From NCBI GenBank assembly GCA_964035545.1, contig OZ037766.1:5446722-5510721 (forward strand): DNA of 64,000 nucleotides. Reading direction: 5' to 3'. Each line of letters begins with the position of its first letter. Positions within the stretch are counted from its first letter, which is position 1. Source of the stretch: Bugula neritina (Eukaryota; Animalia; Bryozoa). Of the stretch, positions 1 through 12,700 are shown in pieces. The notes under the pieces were generated by a model. It was not told the origin of the DNA, ran no database searches, and saw only the letters and a program-made list of their open reading frames with translations. Both the position numbers and the translations under genes were made by a program.

Positions 1-705
1 TGTAATTTAAAAATCATAGCATAGGTCATAATATGATAACGCAGATTCACCTTGTTATTAATAACTTAAAATAAATAAGTTTATAGCACCTGGTAATTAG
101 GAATGACATTAGCAAAATACCCTGGTATGATTGAAAAAAATGAGTTTGAGCAACAGTGGCATAAATAAAGATGGGCTAAAGTCAAGTTTCAATAAATACA
201 AGTTGGACTCAACTTGAAATATTACAATAAATTAAATAACATATTTAATGAAAAAACTGATAAAAAATCTTAACGTTTAATGTAGTATAAAAACTTATAA
301 CTGAGTGAAACCAAATTTACTGAAAATTCTATCTTATATATATCAATAACGAAACACTGGATTTTATCTGATCATCAACTATATTGAAACTTTTAAAAAT
401 AATTATCTCAAATTGAGAATAAATTTTAGTTTCTGTCCATAATATAAAAATAAAAGTAAAAATGAAATCAAATATAACAGAGTCAGTATCATGATTGTAT
501 AATATAACATTCTAAGTATAATATGCATCCATGTGAGGAATGGAAGGAGATTAAAAGTATATTGTATAAGTCATCACCGTGTCTAAAACAAGTGGTATAA
601 TAAGTAAGCCTGTATAATTGTAAAGTACTTAATATTATAAACTTAATTAAGTAAAAAGACTTAGCACTGGTGAGTAATAGATGGAATGGGAAGTGAAGGT
701 AACTC

Positions 706-3700
706 CTAAGTTGTAGAAGGACACTGACCGCACACGAAGCTTGAGGACAGACAATGTTGGTGGGTCACATGACCTGAAATATTAAGCAGAAACACTGTCA
801 CAAATTCTACTTTATAAACTGTTATAATACATATCACTCTCTTTTGTTATTTTAGCCTCCACTTGTAATTAGTATGGCACACAAGCCTATGCAAGTATTA
901 TTGCGCAATAGTTGTTTACATTTTTAGTCAATTTTTATTGGCTAATGAATAGTGCCTATTCTGCACGAGTCATGCAGTGTGGAATGTGGTAGAATTTTCC
1001 AGACTCATCAATTTAGTATAAAAGCAGGTGCTTTACTTGTAAAAGTAAGTTCATTTTCATAAGTTCAATTTCATAAGTTCATCTGTGCATATCTTGCTGG
1101 AGAAATAAAGTCTACTTATATTCACAACTCTATTTACTCTCAACTGGATTAGCAAGCTGTATGCTACTTGTCTATACACTTCTGACTCGTCACACTGCTA
1201 CCAATAGTTTCGTGACAAACACTATGACTGTAGAGAAACATCGATACAATAAAGACTTTTTGCAATCTATTATTGATACGACTCAGAAATTTGAAACCCT
1301 TTCTAAAATAGTTCAAAATAGCTCACAAAAATATACATTATAATAAACTCGGACTTAATATTTAATTCTACTTGAACTTTTTAACAAACCTGTTTAGCTA
1401 GCAATTTTGAATGCACAAATAACAAGCTGCTAAAATGAGTCTCAATCTACAAATGAGTTGGAAACAGAATTTCTGACCACAATTTAACAGAAAAACTGGG
1501 ACTCCATGGTTAGTATTACGATATTCAGGCTGCCCAAATAAAAGCACAAGAGAGGCTTTATTCCCTGGAAGGATATGAAATATCTAAGATATAAAAACAG
1601 TGTATCATGGCATGCTAGGCAGACTGGCTGAGCATTTTATTTATCAGCCATTCTATTCTATTGATTAGCGGCTATTACTGGATTTAGTGCAAAAACCTAA
1701 TAAACCACAGGAAAATGTCAGAAGATGAATGTTAATGTTCATAGTTCTTCAGTTATGGTTGTATTAGCAACACAGGTAATGGTGTTTTGGCATAAAGTAT
1801 TATAGTAAACATAAAACAAGATCTCTAGAATCACAAGTTTTAACTGAAAAACTGATGTAGAGAGATATTGTATGTCATGAATGATATAATACCTACATTA
1901 ATCAGTAGGGTAAAACCCTTACCACATTGAAAGACGGTGACATCCATTTTATCATGTAGAAGAGGTAATCCACAGTGATAGCACTCAGCATCTAAACTAA
2001 CCGCCCGTCCCCAATGTATGTCTCCATCTGCTACGGTTCTTAGGCTACGATGATGTTTTAGTGAGTTACTCATCTCTAGCAACTGTAATATAATAGTAGT
2101 AATATAGTAATAGTAATAGGAATAATATAGTAATAGAATAGTAATAAAATAGTAATAATAATATAGTAGTATAATAGTAATAATATAGTAATAGTAATAG
2201 TAAGCTATAAAAGAAGATTCTGGTGAATAAACTGCGCAAAGTGTAACCCCACCTCTGTATGTTGTTGGTCTGTGATTGGCTGACCTTCTTTGATCTGTTT
2301 ATAAGCCTGTGCTTCCTTTTCCATGAGTAAATACATCTACAATATAGTAGAGTGAATACATCTACAATATAGTAGAGTAAATACATCTACAATATAGTGA
2401 GAGAAAATACATCTACAATATAGTAGAGTGAATACATCTACAATATAGTAGAGTAAATACATCTACAATATAGTAGAGTAAATACATCTACAATATAGTA
2501 GAGTAAATACATCTACAATATAGTAGTGAATACATCTACAGTATAGTAGAGTGAATACATCTACAATATAGTGAGAGTGAATACATCTACAATATAGTGA
2601 GAGTGAATACATCTACAATATAGTGAGAGTGACTACATCTACAGTATAGTAGAGTAAATACATCTACAGTATAGTAGAGTGAATACATCTACAATATAGT
2701 GAGAGTGAATACATCTACAATATAGTAGAGTGAATACATCTACAATATAGTAGAGTAAATACATCTACAAAATAGTAGAGTGAATACATCTACAATATAG
2801 TAGAGTGAATACATCTACAATATAGTAGAGTGAATACATCTACAATATAGTAGAGTGAATACATTTACAATATAGTAGAGTGAATACATCTACAGTATAG
2901 TAGAGTAAATACATCTACAGTATAGTAGAGTGAATACATCTACAGTATAGTAGAGTGAATACATCTACAATATAGTGAGAATAAATACATCTACAATATA
3001 GTAGAGTAAATACATCTACAGTATAGTAGAGTAAATACATCTACAAAATAGTAGAGTGAATACATCTACAATATAGTAGAGTGAATACATCTACAATATA
3101 GTAGAGTGAATACATCTACAATATAGTAGAGTGAATACATCTACAGTATAGTAGAGTGAATACATCTACAGTATAGTAGAGTGAATACATCTACAATATA
3201 GTAGAGTAAATACATCTACAGTATAGTAGAGTGACTACATCTACAGTATAGTAGAGTGAATACATCTACAATATAGTAGAGTAAATACATCTACAATATA
3301 GTAGAGTGAATACATCTACAGTATAGTAGAGTGAATACATCTACAGTATAGTAGAGTGAATACATCTACAGTATAGTTAGAGTAAATACATCTACAATAT
3401 AGTGAGAGTAAATACATCTACAATATAGTGAGAGTAAATACATCTACAATATAGTAGAGTAAATACATCTACAGTATAGTAGAGTGAATACATCTACAGT
3501 ATAGTAGAGTGACTACATCTACAGTATAGTAGAGTGAATACATCTACAATGTAGTGAGAGTAAATACATCTACAATAATATAGTAGAGTAAATACATCTA
3601 CAGTATAGTAGAGTAAATACAACAACATGCCAACAGAAACAATACCGAAAGCAAAATTCTAATGCATGCCAGAACTAACTGCAGAGAAAAAAATGCTGCC

Positions 3701-6700
3701 AGAAGTTACTTCAAAGTAAACAAATGCTGAATGAACTTACTGCAGGGTGAATATTCTTGTCTGAAGATTGATTTGCCCAGAGAAACTGCTCCATACTGTT
3801 GATGACGTCAGCCACCACTTGGCTGTTAATAAAATACATCAAACATTATCACATAATATATTGTGTTACAGCATGTAGTGTTATAGCACATAGTATTATA
3901 TTATATATATTATACTACGGGACAAAGTATTATATAGAAAATAGTAGTAGATTGCGTATATTATATTACAGCACATAATATTATCATATATGATACTCTA
4001 TTATTTTATAGCATATTACAGCACATAATATTATCATATATGATACTCTATTATTTTATAGCATATTACAGCACATAATATTATCATATATGATACTCTA
4101 TTATTTTATAGCATATTACAGCACATAATATTATCATATATGATACTCTATTATTTTATAGCATATTACAGCACATAATATTATCATATATGATACTCTA
4201 TTATTTTATATTATATTACAGCATATATAGTATTATATAACATGGTATTACACAGCTTTATATTATATTACATCATATAGATTATAAAATATTGAATATA
4301 GTATTATATTATAAAGTACACAACATAGTATTACAGAGTTATGCACGACTGCACTGCAGTGACTAAACTAACCTTGACTTGACCTCAGCATGGTGACTAT
4401 CGGCACATTTACTAAAGAACTTTCTAGAGACAGAGCTGAGAGGAAGTGAGCATTCAGACAGAACTTCAAGACAGAGTAGAGGACCCAACCACTCCACCAC
4501 CAGATCTAAGCAGATGTAAACTTGGGTGCATTACAGACGTTCACACCAAAACATTATAGACAATGTAATAGATCTGTATGAAAATAACATTACAAAATAT
4601 TCACAACTTCATATTGCAGTGTATAACTAAACCCATCCTCAGAAAAGAAGGCGTTATGCTGAGGAGCTTAGTATAAAATAGCACAATACCCATTATTTAT
4701 ATATCGTATCAACAGACCAGCATAGTCTTCCAATATGGCAACATTACATACACTTTCTATTTGCATACCAAATAAAGTTATGTACATTAACTTTTCATTT
4801 TATAGATGTTCAAGTAGAAAGGAAGAAATTTAGACTCGGTACCTGCTAAGGCGTCCCATAGTAAAAGTGGGCAATTCGTGACACGTACCGACCCACACCA
4901 TGTGCAATACACTTGCATACTATCTGGTTCTTCCTGTTTAGCTCTTTGCTCAAATAGAAACAAGCAGTCTTCTTTGGTTGGACAGATATTTCCTAAATTT
5001 ATACGGTAAATAATTATTATATTTTAGTGCCCTGTGCACACTAAATTATAAATGAACAATTAAAATGTTTAGATACATGTACAAAATTCTAATGCAAAAT
5101 ATCCACTTGTACAGAACTAAGCGAAAATAACAGTCTAACCTAAAGCAAGCCTTAGGTCTGCGATATCATCTGAAAGTAATAAGAGACGTATCACATCCTT
5201 CCTTTGATTATCACGAATCTTTTGCTTCAACAATGCTCTGCTCCCACTGAAATAGAATAGGAAAGCTCAGCTTATGTCACACAAAAGTTAAAACTCTAAT
5301 GCAAAGTTGAAAAAATTTATTTTGCTTAAATTATAAAAATAAGAACAAAAGAAAATTTAATATAGAAATAAGTAACAAATGTCTTCATACCCCATCAACA
5401 ACACCGTAGATTTCACAAAGTCTAGATGTCCAAAAACATCGTCTAGCAGAGAAAGAACGTTAGAAGAGAGTGTTTGATGAGTCGTAGAAGAAGGGTTGCT
5501 TGGTAACTCACTGAAACACAGAATAACAAGATATTATCTGTGAAAAAGCGTCAGGTGTTATCTTGGTGTTAGCTTTGAACTAAAAACTTCATTTCCCTGC
5601 CTTTCCAGGTATATATTATATTCAAGTTAAAACTATTATTAATGTTAGACTGTAGACTAAAACCATTAAAAACAAGTTGAGAAAAACAGTATTATTAGAT
5701 AACTTTATTCTAATTATGAGTTCAGTGTGGCAAAAATAACTATGTAATTTTATAACTGCATTTCTGTACCTTGGCATACCACAATCACATTTAGCTTCCT
5801 TATGATGAGACAACTCCCAAACGGACTGCAGTGATTGCAACAAGTACCTCAACACCTGATCATCCTTGAACTTCAAGTACACTAACTTGGACCTGCATTA
5901 GACAACTCAGTACAGAGAACAGTCATAGTATTTTTTTAAATACAAAACAAAATACACTTGACAGTAATTTGACATGTGATTAAAAGTAGCCCAAAACATA
6001 GACGCTAGTACTCCTACATGAGGTGTTAATACTCAAATTAGTGACAACACATCAGCATCTTGTTTGTTCATTTACCGAAATTCAAAGACTTTTTTGCATT
6101 ATTAGCCTGTGCTACTGAGTAAACTGCGTAATGTCAAACAAATCCTTCAGCCAGATAATCCCATACCCTGCTACATTTACAGACAATATACACACCCTGT
6201 ACAGTAGAGCTTACGCGTCTCTTACTAAATTTCCACAACTTCTACTAGTCAATCCAGTAGATGCTGCATGTTATCAACACATTTTAAGATCACCAACAAA
6301 AAAAACAATTTTCTAGTAATTCGGTGTTTACATATTCTGCCAAAGTTATGACGAGCATATTCTGCCTAAATTTTGCAGTGGTGTAGCACCTGTGTGACAG
6401 TGTCACTGCGATGACATCTGCTGTAGTAACTACTACTCAATACATCACCTGTGTGACAGTGTCACTGTGATGACACCTGTTATAGTAACTACTACTCAAT
6501 ACATCACTTGTGTGACAGTGCCACTGTGGCGACACCTGCTATAGTACTACTACTCAATACATCACCTGTGTGACAGTGTCACTGTGGTGACATCTGCTAT
6601 AGTAGCTACTACTCAATACATCACTTGTGTGACAGTGTCACTGTGATGACACCTGCTACATTAACTAATACTCAATACATCACCTGTGTGACAGTGTCAC

Positions 6701-9700
6701 TGTAATAACACCTGCTACATCAACTAATACTCAATACATCACCTGTGTGACACATCTTGATAATCTATCAGAGACTGAGCATATTTAGAGAAGACTTTAT
6801 GAGCCTCTTGACACTCCAAGTCTCCATCTTTGCAAGCGGATTGAAGACAATACATGACATGGAAAGGATGCGTATTTGTGTATGAACACACAGCCACACT
6901 TAGAGCGTCATCAAACTTTTGTTGTCGTATTAATCTAAATATAAAATATGATACCAATTTGAATATTTACATGCGAAAACAATTAACTTAATTCTGATTA
7001 ACTTTAGATAAAAAAATTTCATGAAAAAATATGAAAAGTTGTTTAAATGAAATTCTTTCTCATAAATTTTTATTATTTAACCTGTGAAGTTGAAGATCTG
7101 TCGATTTACCTAGCTTTAAGGTTAAAAGCACTTACTCTCTTTTTGAGTAAAAAACAGCCAACTATCATGTAGAGAGACTATGTGTTGCTACTCGCCAAGG
7201 TGGTGTATCAGACAAACCAGTTTTTGAGTTTTAATTGTGAGAATTTATTACTTAGATTTTTTCAAAATGCTCAACTTTAAACTGAGTTTCATTTAAATGA
7301 TCACTTCAGCGGTTAACTTAAGTAAGTTGATTGGTAAAGTGTTAAGCCTACAGTACTTGCATATTTGCTATATTACGACTAATATACCCAACAATGTACT
7401 TACAGATAAATATACAACCACAGATCTTCTCTGTTGTTCTTCTTCAATATCTGCTGTCGAATATTGCTTTCAGAGAAAAGGGACGGGTGGTAAGCAGACT
7501 TCCATTCTAAACTTTCGCTTTTACTCTCTAAAAATCGGAGAACCAAAGCTAAATTAGTTTACAATTATCTTATTTAAAACCAGCATTCCTAGCAAATAAC
7601 TTATGCCAATTAAATCACAGTAAAATCAGCAGGTAAAGCTGTAGTCTACTACATGTGATATAACTACCTATCAAACAGCTGATAACGACATCCCAAAGTT
7701 CCTTTCTCTCACTCCAGAGTTGCTCTGACAAGGAAGAGCTGGCAGCTGTCTTATACTCTATATGTTTACACAGCAACTCCTTGTCCATTAGAAACCAGAA
7801 CGTGCTTACAAACTGGGCCACCACCCTCACTGTGCAATCAGGGTACACAAGATCTGAAGCAAGCCTATTACTGGACGGATTTTCCAGGTCATTTCCTGCA
7901 GTCAAGTTATCTGACAGGAAATTATCTTGTCCCCGTACATTAAACTCTTTCAACACAGAGTAAGGGTGTGGTGAGTCCGGTCTTTCAATGCTATACGCAT
8001 TCATCACATGACACTGTTTGCGAATCACACACATGGTGGCTAAATATACGCTCTGCAATGTCTGACCTTCACTCATCCGCCAAGGACAAACTTTAGTCAA
8101 GTGTCTCAGAGCTTTACCAGTAGAGCATGCTGCAGACTTAAGATGCTGCTGAGAATGGGTGTAGTCTGAGAGCAAAGTAGCCAAGTGCTGACTCCAATCT
8201 CGAAGGTGGGCATCAACCTCCCCACCCTCTTCGAGTTGTGGGTGCATCAGGCTACAGTATGCACGATCGGTTACATCCAAGTAGAGAGTCAAAGCTGACG
8301 GCATATCTTCGTTCATTAGGATGTCATCATCGCCGATGAAAAACGCATGATGACTCCCGCTGTCTTCACTCAGCTGACCCGCTGGCCCGGCATCGCCATC
8401 TGATAGATTTACATAATTAGGTAAGAAAATGTGTCAAAAAATTTGTAAGATATTTTGTGAAATAATCCATTTTCAATATATCATGTTATATCATATCACA
8501 TCCCTTTAATTCATATCAAAACAGAACAAAATATGGTTTAAAAATAAATTTAACCTGAAGAAATATCTTTGTTAGATAATAGCTTTTCAATAGCAGGCTG
8601 AGAAATTGCCTTCTCCTTGATGCTTGATATTATATTTTTGGCCTGCGAAGAGATCTTTGATAGCCTATTTAAGAAAAATGGTAAAATAATAATTTAAGTA
8701 AAATAAAGACGTTACTTGGCAACTAAACTACCTCAAAATCGGAATGATTTATTACTCTAATAATAGAAATTAGCCATAAATAAAAACCTATAAATGTCTT
8801 CAAATAATGCAAGCCACAGATATTTCAAAGCGGAACAATAGATTCGCAACATTCGACCAACTTACCTTGCATATTGAAGTCTATCAAAAAAAAACAAACA
8901 TACATACATATTTTCTATACTAACTAGAATACAATAAGATTATTATTAGGATAAAAATGATGATCTAAATGAACAATAGACTGACTGCCAGCATATTCTG
9001 ACAAAAACATGTCGAAATAAATTCTAAAAGATGATTTGCTTTAAAATAGTTGAAAAACATGCCTGCTACAACTAGGCATGCTATTTGTATATATGCCACT
9101 TATTACTTTATAAGTTATAAGTGTAGATCATCTAACAATACGCATAACTTATTGCATAATCAGCAAAGCAGTAACCAACCCGTCTTTAACATGATCTTTA
9201 ACTTGGTCAACCACAGTACCAGGAGATGACAACTCTCTTTTGGTTAGCAATATCTTTGGCGAAGGGGAACTTTCTTTAGCTTTAAATGATGAAGTACTGG
9301 AAGTGCTGTGATCTAGAGAGCTGAGGCTACTACGGGAGGGGAGTTGTATAGGTATGGATCTGGAGATCTTATGAAGAACCAAACCATCATCTACAATTGG
9401 AAGAAGTCAGAACTATACTCAGGCTTAGCTGTTATAAGTTATAGTTAATAAAATCACTCCAATTTTTTTCTGGTTCAAATTCACCGATCGTATATAAAGT
9501 AGGGCTAATTTATACCATTAGAAGAGGTACCTTCTTTTTCAGGAGGAAATTCGATGGTGGACGCTCGAATTTTCCCGCTTCTGTTTGATTTCCGCTGAAT
9601 GTTTTCAGAACATTCTTCATTTGGCTCGTAGCTTGACACGCTGGCCACACTTCCTCTCCTACTATAGTCAGCTGGAAAACTCCCAGTACTCCTAGCAGAG

Positions 9701-12700
9701 AGGAAACTATCCACCGACACTAGACTCTTGGAGGAATCTACTCTCTGTAACTCAGACTTCACCTGGAGATGTGATAAGCTGCTGTCAGCTGATTCAGGAG
9801 AACCCTCACCCACAACTGAGCTAACAGTCCCCGCGCTGCCTTGTATATCCGCTGACAAGTTAACATCCTGTACTGGCTGTACAGCTTCACCCAAACTGTT
9901 ATTTTCTGCAAGACTTTTAGCAACCATTCCTTCGGTGCTTGTAGCTTGAGGTGAGACGATACCAACAGCCAGATTAGTGATATCCAACTCCTCTACTGCA
10001 CCCTGACTTACTGCTGTGTAGTGAGAAGGCAACCCACTCATAGAATCGCATGACAGAGAAGTCTCTTTCTCATTGGCTGGTTTAGTCATGAAGTAGGGGT
10101 TTGACCAATCAATACTGCCTGCCTCCTTCGCAGTATTATAGCTGGAATCACTACCAGCACTGAGTGCACCGGTCATACTATTAGCACTGCATAGACTAGT
10201 TACACTGTTACTTCGTAATGAACGACTTGAAGCCACACTGCTAACTGTGTTTGACATTGAACTTCTATCATCTATCGTACTCTGATACTCTGCCCGCTTG
10301 CTACCAAACACTGACATAAACGACTACAATAAAATATATACAATTATCTATATTCTAACAGGTGATCTGTTGTAATTTAAAACACGATGTCTTTATGTTA
10401 CAAGTCAATACCTGGTATAGAGGATCGTGAGGGGAAACAATTTCATGAATCCTAACGAGCAGCATTATGTTTTTCAATACATATTCCTGATTGTCCAGAC
10501 ACAGTTGAATAGCTTCAGAAATAGTGTGTCTGTCTAGCAGACTCTCTATGTGCTCGAAAAGGGTGGCAAGCTCTATGCGCCACGTCCGATCATTGTTCAT
10601 TAGCAGATAGATAGACTTATCTTGGACACAGCAACTGATCACATCTAGAGTAGAAACTGAAAGCTAGCACACACTTTTACTTCAACTGGCCATTGCCACG
10701 GAAAAATAATCTTCTTTTATGAAGTAGGGATAAAATTACGGAGAAACATCATTGAACTTGAATACTAAAAGCAAGAAGAGACATTAGTTTAAAATAATTC
10801 AAAACTAAAAAAATTATTATTTCTGAACAGGTTACTAGCATACAAAATAACCCAACTGAACTAACCAGCGTCTATCTGAGTAGAGATGATAACTCTTGAA
10901 GTCACTGGATCCACAATATATAAAGAACCGTTAACAAGGCTTAACAACAGGTTATCTCTAAAAAAATGAGAGTAGAAAACCATTAAGACACTACTTCAAA
11001 CATTAACGCTATAGTACAGAATTGGATAGAGTAGAAACTAAAAACTAGTGCCTGTGAACTGCTGTTTTCTCTTACATAGCAAAATATATCTGTATATCTG
11101 TATATAATGTATATATCTATTAATATATTAGTACCTGGTAGTGTAAAGATAAGTAAATGAATTTGCTGCAGGTTTCTGGGCGACCCCTGGAGTTGAAGTT
11201 GAACTATTTTCATTAGATTGCCTAAAAACATTTCAACACAATTAGCCAGCTCTATGAGAATTCTGGAGTTTATCTTATAAACAAGAGTTTATGATTGTAA
11301 ATTGACCATAGGATTTGATAAATTAATAATATACACTAAAACTTAGAACTATTACGATAAAAGCTAGCATAGTAGAAAATAATATTTGAATAGCCTAAAA
11401 CATTGTTTATTGTTTTTTCATAAGTTTATCAAAAAGTATAAAGATAGAAGAATTAGTATGTAGCACTTACCAGTTAACAATAGAAGATTGCCTACATTCT
11501 GCCATACTCTGCTTGAAATTCAAAGTAGTTAAGACTTTGCCTTCTGTATTTGCTCTCCATAATCTAAAGCCTGGCCTGGCACAGTAACATTCTAGTTGAC
11601 CTGATGTAAAATTGGAAACACAGTCTTCGCTTTTAGACACAACTGGTAAAAGTACAGCCCCATAGAGGCCGTGGCGAGGTTTGGTTCCCACATCACTAAA
11701 GGTTTTCCTGCAAAACAGTGAAAATTTCTCAAACAACTGATCCCAAAACAGGTGGATCAGATTGTAAAATGGAAAAATTTCATGTTCATTTGATTATAAC
11801 TTTATATTCATTTGATTATAACTTCATATCCATTTCATTATAACTTTATATTCATTTTATTATAACTTTATATATTCATTTGACTATAACCAAAACCAGA
11901 AACAAAACAATTAAAAACAGAACTAACTTTCTGTTTCTTATTCCAGAAATACAATATAGTGTTATGAACGAAATACAAACAGTGAAATTGAGCCGAGTTT
12001 AAAAAGCCAAAACAATAAATATCCTATTTTTGATCACAACTGATCTTTGCCAGGTTTCGTATGATGAAAATCTAAAGTTAATTATTTATCAACAACTGTT
12101 AAATCTCCACATAACTTTTTATATTTAACTTATACTACTTAAGATTGAGGTGAAAACCCATTAGCTAACCTCTCTGTGCAATAGAGAACACACTTGGTCA
12201 ATGTAGAAGCCAACAATACAGTGTCTCTAAAGTGTAACTGTACAATGCAACTGTCTAGCGTACATAACTTTACAGTTCTAGGAATTACCTACAAAACACC
12301 ATACAGAGCATTATTATAACCAAATATTTTCCTACCGACAGCCAAGAACTTATAGTTGAAATAGCCCAGTGATATGAGTTACCATCAGTGAAGTTGGAAG
12401 ATGCAAACATACTCAAAATACTAATCATGTTTTTGAGCCCTTTTTAAACTGCACTTAATATTTCCAATAAAGCTGTATATTGCTGTGATAACTGAAGTTG
12501 AAATGAACCGAACTGCTGCAAGACTTCCTTCTCCGCATACAGCAGAAAAAAACTTCCCATACCTACTAAAGGCCTGGTCTCACGATCGTGAAAATCACAC
12601 AAAATCGCGTGACGATTTTCGTGAGTTATCCTCTTGTTTTGACCAGCCACACACTCGTCGAAAAACACATAATAAATAGTCCGTGAATGAGTCTTGCACG

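Noticed and set aside
2325-6752. Tandem arrays as CRISPR-like repeats
   Set aside because: Units are contiguous with no unique spacers, there are no cas genes, and the context is eukaryotic introns.
9728-9965. Antisense and alternative-frame ORFs over large exons (also 7781-7963, 57148-57556, 58732-58998)
   Set aside because: They are shadow ORFs of real coding exons or coding repeats.
12382-12563. Extra HPS5 exon next to the MITE
   Set aside because: It has AG/GT-like ends but stops in all three frames, and the flanking exons already join in phase.
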